Source of the DNA: an uncultured Planctomycetia bacterium
GTDB taxonomy: Bacteria; Omnitrophota; Gorgyraeia; 2-02-FULL-51-18
Direction: 5' to 3'
Assembly (NCBI GenBank): GCA_964606485.1
Contig: CAZSGP010000001.1
Location: 481,085-545,084, forward strand
DNA: 64,000 nt
Each line of letters starts with the position of its first letter. Positions within the stretch are counted from its first letter, which is position 1. Position numbers and translations under genes: made by a program. The notes beneath the pieces are model-generated. The model worked only from the letters and a program-made list of their open reading frames with translations, was not told the DNA's origin and ran no database searches. Below, one piece after another: positions 37,701 through 43,959 of this stretch.

Positions 37701-40700
37701 CGTTATGATACTGCATCACTTAATCCAATCACGTTAGCTTTAGAGCTTCCGTTTAAAGCAATCAACACAGCACTCTCTCGAGCAAACGAAACGCTTCAAG
37801 GTTGGATGAGTTCTGTGACGCAAGCAAACTTAAGTTCACAGGACGTGGTGTCTCAAGAGTATTCTGCGAGCGGTATTCTTGAAGATCAGGTTCACGCGGA
37901 TGGAACCGTTACGATTTTCGAGAATAATAAGCCGTCCATGGTTCTTGATAAGGAAGGTCTTGTTCTTATCCAGTACACCTACGACAGCGAAGGTCATCCT
38001 ACAAGAGTTTATTTAAAGAACGCTCGTAATGCGTTGCCGGATGAAATCGCCAAAGCGCGTCAAAAAATCGAAGACCAACGCGCCAATGATTTAAGAAATC
38101 TCGCCATTCAAAAAAATCTCTCTTACCAGTCCATTCAGACCCAAGCCGCCGCCCAGCGCGCGCAACTCGAATCTCAACTCTCTCAAGTAGAAGATCAGTT
38201 GAGTCATATTTCAGGCATCGAAGTAAAAGGTAAAGCCCAGAGAGTTCAAAAAGCCAATGCCCTAGAGCAATTGGGAGATGCCGTTAGTCAAATCAACCAA
38301 GCGCTCACCGATCTCTCACTCCAAGAGGGAAGTGCCTACGCCAATCTCGACTCCCAAGTTTTATTTTTGTCTAACAAAATTGAAGCCGACACGCAAACGG
38401 CTATCACGAATCTTCGAATTCAAGAAGATCAACTCAAAATCGAAATTCTAAGACAAGAAGTCTCGCCAATTGTTTACGACAACTACCGTAGAATCCTAGG
38501 CCGCGACCCCTCGTCGAGTGAATACAACTTCTGGATTGGTCAAATTGACTATGCGACGGGTGAGTCGCTCCAAGAAGTAAAAACCCTTCAAGGAATTAAT
38601 CTCACCACCGCTCTCAACGCTCATCTTTTAGCCTTGCCGGAGCTTGCCCAAAGACAAGCGTACGTAAATTCCATTAAACAGTCGGTCACGAGTGAGATTG
38701 ATCAGTACCTTAATCTATCAGCCGAAGATAAACTTTTATTTTTACAATCGCTGGGTCTTTCAGCGTCGGATGCAATCAATCTTACAAATTCTGACGCTCA
38801 AAAAGTTTTGTCATGGCTTAATACCCGAAGCCTTCACTTTGGACAGAGCGCTTTTTTAAGTCTCGAAGCGCTACTCGATCAGAACCACATCGCCTTCCAG
38901 CGTGAAGACATAGCCCGTAAAGCCATTCTGATTGATGTTCTTTGCGGGATTATTTCGCCTCTCGATGACGGAGATCTCGTCATCTCGCTTTTTGCGCTCA
39001 ATAAAGTGGCGGGTCTTTATGGCCTCAGCCTCTCCGGAGCTAATTTAAACTGGAACGATCTCCAGTCGATCTATAATTCCAATCCCTCCTCCAAAATTAT
39101 TGCTCATATTAATTCCGTTCACTACGTCATCATCACAAACGTCACAGAAAATTCCGTGACTTACATCGACCCCTCCATCGGCAAAGATAAAGAAAACGAA
39201 TCTCTTACCGTTACAAAGGAGGGATTCTTAAAGCTCTGGCAGGGGAATGTAACGCTTGAAACACAAACTCTAAATACTCTTCCAAACGCTCAAAGCAAAG
39301 TTTTATCTGCCGAAGCAACGCAAGGTATAAGAGGCGCATTCTGGGGAAGTCTTCTAAACCTTATTGGATTCGTAGTGTGGATTATAAATCCCGAGTTAGG
39401 GTTCCTCCTTAACATGATCCGTCTCGCCGCTCTCGGCGCTTCCATCGCTGAAGGAGATTGGCTCTCGGGCCTTTCATCCATCGTCTCTCTAAACTTCGGA
39501 GATCTCGGGAACGCTTTTGGCACTATATTTAAGGGAGCCTCCACCGGAGTCACCCAAACGATCAGCTCTTTGGGTCAAGCCTTAAACGGAGTCGGGCAGT
39601 TCTTTGGAACCATCTTTCAATCTGTCACCGGCTTCTTTGGAAATATCTCCCAAGGACTCAACAGCTTCCTTCAAGGCTCACTTGGAATCTCCTCAGGCAT
39701 CGGGCAAAGAATTGTCGAGACCGCCGTTGGGGTCGGAATTAACTACGGAGTCTCGAAAGGGCTAACGGCTATCGGAGTGGATGAGCAGGTTTCAGGATTC
39801 TTAGGGTCGCTTACGGCGGGAGCGATTATCGGTGGAATGAAAGATGAGACTATAGCTGGCGGACATGTGGCCGTAACCCATGCGCAAAATATTCAAGCTT
39901 CAGTCCAGCAAGTTCTAACGATCAGTAATGTTGGACAACTGGGCGCAGAACTTCACCTAGATCCAACGCTAACGAGCATCGTCGGCTTATCTCTTGGCGC
40001 GATTCAAGGGCACATCATCACTAATCCCGGAAGTAATCTGGAGTACGCTTTCTCAGAGATAAGGCCGAATCTATATTCGAGTTTAGCGCAGTACGGAGTC
40101 TCAGAACTCGCTCAAAGTTTTGGAGTGGACTCCAATCTTGCGCCCATATTCACACTGCCGGTTGCAAGCGGCCTCAATGCGTTAACAACTGGCCAAGACG
40201 TGATCCAAGCTGTAAACCAAGGTCTCAATCAAGGTATTGTTCGTTACGGCTTAAACTTTGCTGGAAACTCTAACCCAATTTTTGGATCGCTTCTTTCGCC
40301 GGACATTCAAAACTCGATAGAACAATCCGTTGGTCAGCAAGGATTGTTCCAGGGAATATTTAGTATTGTCGGTCGAACCACTCGAGGTCTTCTCCAAGGA
40401 GTGTCCGCAATTGGTCAATCTATCCAAAGTTTTGGATCTCTCGTTCAACAAAGAGGTCTTGCCGGAGCTTTGTCTCAAACAATGAGTTCATTTTTTGGAA
40501 GATCCTCAATCGAACAGATCGTAAATCAGGGTGGAATTGCTCAAAGTCTTCAGAACGCTCCAAGACAACAAGTCACGCTTAATAACGGTCAAACCGCTAC
40601 AGAAGTAGAGCTGTCTCAAGACGCCTCAATCTACTTGGACTCTCAAGGAGATTTGCTGGGAACGAGAGACCAGGATCTTGTGCAAATAGGGGATTTTGGT

Positions 40701-41801
40701 TATGACACTAATGCCGACATCTTTCTATCCGATGGAATGGTTTATTCTGATCTACCAGATCAATATCAGCTCTCCATGCAAGTTGATGGTTACCAGCCCA
40801 TTCATATTGAAGTATCAGATAATCAAAACCAACCCGTTCTTCAAGTAACACCAAAAGATGGTCAGCAGAATATTCAGATTCAATCCCCCACTCAAACATC
40901 ACCCAGCTTTTTAAACTCAATCCTATCTTTGGTGCCAATGGGACTTTCGTTCTTGATGAGTGAGGGGGTGGCTGAGGCGGCGGGCATCTCTGTAAATACA
41001 GCATCTGCAAATCCTATCGGACAACTTATAGATGTTGTTCTTTTGAATGGTGTTCGTCTTACAGAATTCGCTAGAGAAGGAGAGGCTCCGCGCTATTTTC
41101 AATCGGGAAATGCCTTCAGAAACGAACTCAATCGTCTCCACGTTAGCGATAATTCAATAAAAACAATTTCTCTTTTTGAGCAGTTCGGTACGGATTTATA
41201 CCAATGGTTACAGAATCAGAAGCTTGCGCAAGAAGTTACGAATGAATTGGTCCAAATTCGCAATACGCAACTCAACCACCCATTTGTCCCGCTAGCGTAC
41301 AGTGGTGGTGGGCGGCCACTTCTCAATGCTCTTGCAAATGAAACTCATAATGGATTTGGTGTGCAGACGGCGATTTTAGTGGGTTCTCCAATGACCGAAG
41401 CCGAGACCCTGATAGAGTCACCAACCCTAAGTACAATTGTCAATATTTATGGGAGCAATGACCTGTTTCTTGTGGCTACGCCTCAAGATGGAGTACCATC
41501 AATCTCCAAGCATTTTTCCAGCGATGACCATTACGTCCAAACAATCAATATCGAGCTTCAGGGTATTGGGCATACGGATTATTTTTACAGTAGCAATGAA
41601 ACGCCTTCCGCGCTTAAAATGAAGGCCTGTAATTTTATAGCAAGACTTACTCAAGCTGCTCTTGACGAGCAGACACTGGGGGATTTTTTGAATCTATTAG
41701 GTGCGCCTTATTCAGCGGAAACCTTTGACGATGAGCACTATTTAAGCGAGGTCAAAAACTACGTGATTAATTTAAATAACTTGCCTGATCTAAATTTGTA
41801 A
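28731..41801 (+). CDS. Giant secreted multidomain protein (4,356 aa). Parts in order: signal peptide, conserved N-domain, ~15 tandem 44-aa repeats, YD/Rhs-like repeats, two Gly-rich modules, LamG-like domain, coiled coil, DUF4214-like segment, C39-like peptidase domain, glycine-zipper TM region, C-terminal lipase-like alpha/beta-hydrolase.
   Basis: A single uninterrupted ORF. Signal peptide MKTKSVFFKSICWTLILSFSYSQFCYA. LamG pattern FDGASSYLSV...LRIGNSF...FKGSLDELRIS at nt ~36060-36570. C39-like pattern HYVIITNV..YIDPS....LTVTKEGFLKLWQGNV at nt ~38810-39260. Hydrolase triad AYSGGG / GSNDLF / GIGHTDYF at nt ~41290-41585. Confidence 0.8.
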   Translation: MKTKSVFFKSICWTLILSFSYSQFCYALTPRELLDQAKASFGLMGDDHHQGGGSNPVDLQQSQVQAQSAVDQQNNLQDLQNLNFSLTTQNGDTLNYVNNTLSQITRPDGTTLNNISQDAMTGNITGANLRLNDGTIQILQNGNILGSQTPDGTQVFYDLQTGKVQRTVSSSGEETTYTYINSETILESAHFQTAYDANDKIKHILDKQTHKESFFNNGILQRIEEVDHSQYLFGHETTGTDIRVSLEAFIDSIGNRFDFTGDDVSRVTLVDGTELQNTVWNSQDQTLRDFSFTEASGNTRTVLNNQTSQIDLSNNGGSITDITWNPQTHALENYHFTNPAGDDFTVVNGLASQIHLASNQGSISNSILDPSTGLLRDYVFTDPAGNVFTALNNQATQIDLYNHQGEISNITWNPTNHTLEDYVFTDPNGNEFTVAQTQVSQIFLPSGQGRLTNITWNSLDQTLKNYTFTDFDGNVFTVVDNQTTRIVLSGNRGELAGIEWDAVTHSLKNYTHTDSAGNIFTVQNNQTIQIDLANSAGRITNIVWNPQTLALESYHFTNSSGDEFAVNNGQTTEILLANNDGRLTNIIWDSQTYALSNYMLTDLAGNQFTVAQNQTTQIALSNNAGVITNILWDNATHLLKDYVFTDSTGNVSTVQNNQTVQINIPTQGNLTNIVWSSTTQSLADFIFTDLSGNAFTVQNNQTTHIALSNSRGTLTNTGWDSATGVLKDYLFTNPSGDIFTVINDQTSDVLLANNAGRLTNIIFDPQSHLTKDYVLTDSAGNIFTVVNNQATEIDLAHNAGRITGIIWNSQNTIDQALLTDSQNRQIQYQGGVATRITLPSGEVISNITWNSNGTVHEAALADSQNNQYFFRDNVIIKVQDSNGVLFENILWGQDQKIKDASVTFPDGRTTLYQDKKLIRLTDAQGVITNFTYTPDRILASSNGINSEYLLDGTLVKTTDAQGNQTLYFAQGPQKGLKEKDVTVAGDTFIYEYSQNNTLIQRRQVLRSEQTVTTIEGQTTLQAKNNPFFGFEASFQNPELDSQEVRLITNGSYPLEIKLKPGQDAAFSFNRGAFQSLGVRIEQGFAYKVEIQISKTGIQIFIYKSTDPRPSNPARTIQRSNWNTRFEIISTNAQVRLDARSAGTYRTDTTTQDRQNAYRSGSPVEQLTFRLTPQNSYSRPSIQLTAEQQNTSRQKRTFYLDYQNNQWRITAFGGGISFQSFAINQTLQSNVDYAAELRFENNQLKFYVYPKGQQRPQSPLATLNALTNASARFNSDFNNAQGQAQVLYNLTSPTLSSARASSLPQNMDLLQNSNLLSQTLPSAPMSLSYQNPGFSFAESQLALQRPDFRMTQVSFAFTEPNIHETEFSPSLAGPTFVFNEPVFSFSRPNLNLTQTNVSSMVNPSISLIQNDLNLITDQTISIVRPLKFDLDNAIGFSSTTYNLHGGLEEVLKADSSRYVFEDGVLSQAFNAQGQATNFSFQESGLSNVVGATISQNQVQSHYSAEGELESVVVGDMTVHYGSNQSIDYLEKSDGTEIHDITFDANGQIQNASVYLPDGRIKFYENGHLVRSQEADHSQLFFVNDQAVQMITAQNLTYDFNYTPGHIEAVLNTANIPIPDALTPVRMQHDSNFNLQQIVRQNNEIINFTNNQVQSVQTPSQSPQTIVQLADGYKVLQDNTETFYDSNNQIQKVLIHTTASNSHELEVSYQYGKIRQIKKDNTLTFTYSYEFTSENKERTVIHDLEENSTKTYENELLLTSFDNDTSVLSNYSYDANKKVSRVVVSRLGRTLHTYNYTYSNDQTLVTDEEGILRTYDSNNKLIFLDKENKRFTYTYHTDATTHEEIIEEKLIRQTLEGGAVVDYDVDGQIQKIQNTDGTFIDHVVLGGQRNIQKATIHLLDGTSKVFSGTQILEEITPQNTHFYFDEGRITRVVGSQGDEFDYIYDQDSGGNVVRVRSDIGQAYLEYDINGDLQGFRPKDSNQFYHLTKTFDASGRPTYFLNAYGASFQFQESGLQLSINQFSFLQSQPDNRTTIFTLPQIDHAVPFFGTGVDGDARVTAATYLTRDMNYNSLTIDSGAILYPNGHKIFVNGDLINNGSISVDGQGGQGGGGGAPRPTGSPSGGQSGQSQTDSFGGIGGNGGAGGDTRYTSPRGASSFYPGYPGGSGGAISGFASTTLPTDILAGNPVNISAGAGGGGGGSSAMVYGGSGGPGGGALFIFAKNIKNENGTISANGQNGVDGGWGPGIGDGGSGGGGGGGGGTIYLVYQAIENGNIQTNPGLGGSGGGGSSQGGAGASGLPGSVVKFSPLNLNISFDSSELRLPYFDKMNFDKGFSDATNQIYTGTYAFGQISQIQGIYNSQGVNIDVQKNLIHQITESSGQRKDYSYQRDINGALTGITVTQNNTQMHYSPDGVLNGVRFLSMPNTIDQAKDFVDASSGNFTIASTGNVALDVDQQGFFGNASALFDGASSYLSVNPNPAFNFGTGDFTMETRLFLQSLPANNSEAVIFDNGGVQGVRLGISNTNGLYQIHLVIANTNYSLNFVPQANSWQHLALVRNSGVIKIFVDGYQVGSDIQNASNISNLSQGLRIGNSFSGNQFFKGSLDELRISKGVVRYAQNFTSNTESHRSDSFTSLLLHFDGTDYSNFSIRKDGANFIFEGASGQTFLIPASVGMTDSVTINPSFITQSRDAVQRVNFSINPLEQNPSQRFGDGHDGSATLLSNTTLTRDMYYDNLTINPGATLNPNGYKIFVKGMLTNNGTISVQGGNGSNGQGAYKPGDGDTNPGSGGGAGQPVTTQIKSLGSSVAGGSGGSGGHGGGGGAGQNGQSVAQSLGGPGGGNGGSVQNYSIQALNPDVFSNQTILTLQGGASGQGGAGGGGQNYTGSGGGGGGGAAGGGVIAIYAQQILNQNGIITANGGNGGTGGGGQGEEYYNGRGDGGSGGSGGGGGTIFLVYDQIQDGTITSSGGQGGNGVGGSRGATGANGQPGQTGTILRYDTASLNPITLALELPFKAINTALSRANETLQGWMSSVTQANLSSQDVVSQEYSASGILEDQVHADGTVTIFENNKPSMVLDKEGLVLIQYTYDSEGHPTRVYLKNARNALPDEIAKARQKIEDQRANDLRNLAIQKNLSYQSIQTQAAAQRAQLESQLSQVEDQLSHISGIEVKGKAQRVQKANALEQLGDAVSQINQALTDLSLQEGSAYANLDSQVLFLSNKIEADTQTAITNLRIQEDQLKIEILRQEVSPIVYDNYRRILGRDPSSSEYNFWIGQIDYATGESLQEVKTLQGINLTTALNAHLLALPELAQRQAYVNSIKQSVTSEIDQYLNLSAEDKLLFLQSLGLSASDAINLTNSDAQKVLSWLNTRSLHFGQSAFLSLEALLDQNHIAFQREDIARKAILIDVLCGIISPLDDGDLVISLFALNKVAGLYGLSLSGANLNWNDLQSIYNSNPSSKIIAHINSVHYVIITNVTENSVTYIDPSIGKDKENESLTVTKEGFLKLWQGNVTLETQTLNTLPNAQSKVLSAEATQGIRGAFWGSLLNLIGFVVWIINPELGFLLNMIRLAALGASIAEGDWLSGLSSIVSLNFGDLGNAFGTIFKGASTGVTQTISSLGQALNGVGQFFGTIFQSVTGFFGNISQGLNSFLQGSLGISSGIGQRIVETAVGVGINYGVSKGLTAIGVDEQVSGFLGSLTAGAIIGGMKDETIAGGHVAVTHAQNIQASVQQVLTISNVGQLGAELHLDPTLTSIVGLSLGAIQGHIITNPGSNLEYAFSEIRPNLYSSLAQYGVSELAQSFGVDSNLAPIFTLPVASGLNALTTGQDVIQAVNQGLNQGIVRYGLNFAGNSNPIFGSLLSPDIQNSIEQSVGQQGLFQGIFSIVGRTTRGLLQGVSAIGQSIQSFGSLVQQRGLAGALSQTMSSFFGRSSIEQIVNQGGIAQSLQNAPRQQVTLNNGQTATEVELSQDASIYLDSQGDLLGTRDQDLVQIGDFGYDTNADIFLSDGMVYSDLPDQYQLSMQVDGYQPIHIEVSDNQNQPVLQVTPKDGQQNIQIQSPTQTSPSFLNSILSLVPMGLSFLMSEGVAEAAGISVNTASANPIGQLIDVVLLNGVRLTEFAREGEAPRYFQSGNAFRNELNRLHVSDNSIKTISLFEQFGTDLYQWLQNQKLAQEVTNELVQIRNTQLNHPFVPLAYSGGGRPLLNALANETHNGFGVQTAILVGSPMTEAETLIESPTLSTIVNIYGSNDLFLVATPQDGVPSISKHFSSDDHYVQTINIELQGIGHTDYFYSSNETPSALKMKACNFIARLTQAALDEQTLGDFLNLLGAPYSAETFDDEHYLSEVKNYVINLNNLPDLNL
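29521..31530 (+). repeat. In-frame tandem array of ~15 units with a 132-nt (44-aa) period
   Basis: Consensus unit (Y/F)(V/T)FTDxxGNxFTVxNNQTTQIxLxNxxGxITNIxWNxxTxxLxDY repeated from aa ~265 to ~935 of the giant protein. The units have diverged at the nucleotide level. Confidence 0.7.
34912..35640 (+). repeat. Gly-rich low-complexity module 1, preceded by a conserved TRDMNYNSLTIDSGAILYPNGHKIFVNGDLINNGSISV leader
   Basis: Long poly-Gly/Ser/Gln stretches, including a (GGC/GGT)n run near nt 35474-35506. Module 2 begins with a near-identical leader. Confidence 0.6.
36898..37715 (+). repeat. Gly-rich low-complexity module 2, an internal duplicate of module 1 (leader TRDMYYDNLTINPGATLNPNGYKIFVKGMLTNNGTISV)
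   Basis: The leader motif and the following TIFLVYDQIQDGTI segment match TIYLVYQAIENGNI in module 1. A (GGC/GGT)n run lies near nt 37376-37413. Confidence 0.6.
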
Positions 41802-41806
41802 TCGCC

Positions 41807-42268
41807 ATGAAAAAATTATTAGTAATATTTATCATAACGTTGGTAGCAATCGGTGTCAGTTGGAAGATTTTCTCTCGTTTGAACAAGAATGCGGCGAAAA
41901 AGCCAGTGGAAACAGTTTTTATTGCGCCCAAAGAATATACGGAATCGTTTGAAAAGTCTACCGCATCGGCCAGGTTATTCTATGAAAAGTACCGGCGAGC
42001 GCTAGACCAGCTTAAACATGAAAACTACCAAGAAGCAATTCAGTCTTTTAATGAGTGTGTTCCTGAGGCGGGCATCGGCATTGAAAAAGGAATGGTTTAT
42101 AACAGGCTTGTGCAAATTTACAAAGCGCTTGATGACCCTCAAAACGAGTTGAAGTACACAGAACTTACGATTAAATTTTCAGCCAATACTGTTCTAAACG
42201 AGGAACTTAGTCGCCGTGCCGCTGAACTCCGCCAACTTCTCTCTGCAAAAGAAGCGCAGAAGAAATAA
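41807..42268 (+). CDS. Membrane-anchored helical (TPR-like?) protein (153 aa), positional counterpart of 22528..23280
   Basis: N-terminal TM segment LLVIFIITLVAIGVSW; helical Glu/Lys/Tyr-rich sequence. It starts 6 nt after the giant gene's stop codon. Confidence 0.35.
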   Translation: MKKLLVIFIITLVAIGVSWKIFSRLNKNAAKKPVETVFIAPKEYTESFEKSTASARLFYEKYRRALDQLKHENYQEAIQSFNECVPEAGIGIEKGMVYNRLVQIYKALDDPQNELKYTELTIKFSANTVLNEELSRRAAELRQLLSAKEAQKK

Positions 42269-42310
42269 GTCCCTTTTGACATCCCTGCTTCGCACTGCTA
42301 GTCTCTGTTT

Positions 42311-43555
42311 GTGAAAAAAATAGTTTTCTCAGTTTTATTAATAATTGTTTCCTTGGCGGCGGTTTACCTGCGCTTGCGTCCTCTGGACCAGCGAGATATT
42401 TCTCCCGACGAAGTCATGTATTCGACGTACGCAAATGTGATTGCCCACGAAGGCCTAAAAGGAACCGCCATTGCGGTTGATACCTACAGTAAAAATTCAA
42501 AATTGTGGACTTTGCCGCCTCCGACCCGAGTAGGGTATGTTTACCCGCTCGCGGCCCTCATGAAATACCTAGATAGGTCTGATTATGACGTGGGTGTCTA
42601 TTTGTCTAGAGTTTGCAGCATTCTGTCTCTGGGGGTGCTCGTTTTAATTGGATTCAGGTTCTTCGGTGCTCGCGCAGCTGTTTCCTCACTTTTATTCTTA
42701 GCGCTTTCAAGTTATGAGCTTGTCCTGGCCAGACGAACTTGGCAGGACGGTCTCATGACGTTATGGAGTGGAGTATTGATTTGGGTGGTCTGCGAATTGC
42801 TGAGAAAACCCAAAGCAATCGTTCTGTGGCTAGCTTACTTTTTGATCGTTTGCTACGGACCACTCATCAAAGAATCGGCGGTTCTCGTTTTAGGACTAAT
42901 GGGAATTTGTTGCGTTTCGGCACTAGTAATTCAAAAAAAATATGTCAGCGCAGCTATTTTTATTGGGGTCTCTACGATTAGTTTGGGGATAAGTTTTTTT
43001 GTATTAGCTTATTTAGCGGGAGGGATAACACCGCTTCTAAGCCTTTACGGTTTACTCAAAAGCGCCGTTGCTCAAAATCAGTATGCCGGCGAGTTTCAAA
43101 ACGGAGCCTATTTTAGTTTATTTTACGGCCTTTTTACACTTAGCCCAGTCGCGCTCAGCTTTTTTCTGGTTGGAATTTTTTTTATTATCTTTAGAGCTTT
43201 TTCCAAAGGCAATTCCAAATATTTTAATCAGATAGATGGCTTCATTCCAATAATCCTAGTCGTTTTCATTGTAAGTTTTTTTCTGATCGCATCTTTTCCA
43301 AGTTATTTTAAGAATTTGAGATACATTAGCCCAATTTACATCCCATTTTACTTGCTTGCAGGATTCGGAGCTGATTTTTTGGTTAAGCTGGTGACGGAAA
43401 AATTTAAAGGGGTTGGACGAACTCCAGCAACTCTAGTAATAGCAGCTATTTTGTGTGGTGGTCTAATTTACGAATACAAAACCTACGAATACCTTTTTAT
43501 TCAAAAGAAGGTGAAGGATCTCTCCCCAGATCTCATTAAAGAGTTCCTAGTTTAA
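42311..43555 (+). CDS. GT-C fold glycosyltransferase-like polytopic membrane protein (ArnT/PMT-like; GTG start)
   Basis: More than 10 predicted TM helices. The first extracytoplasmic loop carries SPDEVMYSTYA, a DExxY-type motif typical of GT-C (GT39/GT83) enzymes. Confidence 0.5.
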   Translation: MKKIVFSVLLIIVSLAAVYLRLRPLDQRDISPDEVMYSTYANVIAHEGLKGTAIAVDTYSKNSKLWTLPPPTRVGYVYPLAALMKYLDRSDYDVGVYLSRVCSILSLGVLVLIGFRFFGARAAVSSLLFLALSSYELVLARRTWQDGLMTLWSGVLIWVVCELLRKPKAIVLWLAYFLIVCYGPLIKESAVLVLGLMGICCVSALVIQKKYVSAAIFIGVSTISLGISFFVLAYLAGGITPLLSLYGLLKSAVAQNQYAGEFQNGAYFSLFYGLFTLSPVALSFFLVGIFFIIFRAFSKGNSKYFNQIDGFIPIILVVFIVSFFLIASFPSYFKNLRYISPIYIPFYLLAGFGADFLVKLVTEKFKGVGRTPATLVIAAILCGGLIYEYKTYEYLFIQKKVKDLSPDLIKEFLV

Positions 43556-43620
43556 ATTAGTCACGCTCTTTGGAAATATAATAGACTTGTTAATTTTTAG
43601 TAAAGAAACATAATTAGGCA

Positions 43621-43649
43621 TTGACAAACAGAAAGAGGTTTAATATACT
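43621..43649 (+). promoter_or_regulatory. Sigma-70-like promoter (TTGACA -17- TATACT)
   Basis: -35 TTGACA at 43621-43626, an exactly 17-nt spacer, and -10 TATACT at 43644-43649. It lies upstream of the HTH gene at 43700. Confidence 0.5.
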
Positions 43650-43699
43650 GAAAAAGCTCTAAAGCACGTGAACTTGATCTCATTGCTAAGAGAGGGTTT

Positions 43700-43912
43700 T
43701 TGGAAAAAAGTAAAGATAGCGTCTTTACCGTCCAAGAACTGGCGAAATACCTTCGCATGAAGCCGCTTACGATTTATAAGCACGCCTCCGAAGGAAATTT
43801 GCCGGGTTTTAAAATTGGGTCGCACTGGCGCTTCAAAAAACAAACGATTGATCGATGGATAAGCGATCAAGAAACGTGTAGCAGTAAGAAAAAAACTTTA
43901 ATAAATGTGTAG
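43700..43912 (+). CDS. Excisionase/AlpA-family HTH DNA-binding protein, paralog of 25006..25200
   Basis: FTVQELAKYLRMKPLTIYKHASEGNLPGFKIGSHWRFKKQTI. The gene has its own promoter and its own terminator. Confidence 0.6.
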   Translation: MEKSKDSVFTVQELAKYLRMKPLTIYKHASEGNLPGFKIGSHWRFKKQTIDRWISDQETCSSKKKTLINV

Positions 43913-43941
43913 CCCAAGCTTTAGAGCTTGGGTTTTTTGTT
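43913..43941 (+). terminator. Rho-independent terminator
   Basis: CCCAAGCT / AGCTTGGG perfect 8-bp stem with loop TTAG, followed by TTTTTTGTTT. Confidence 0.7.
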
Positions 43942-43959
43942 TACGAGATAGGCTGAGGT

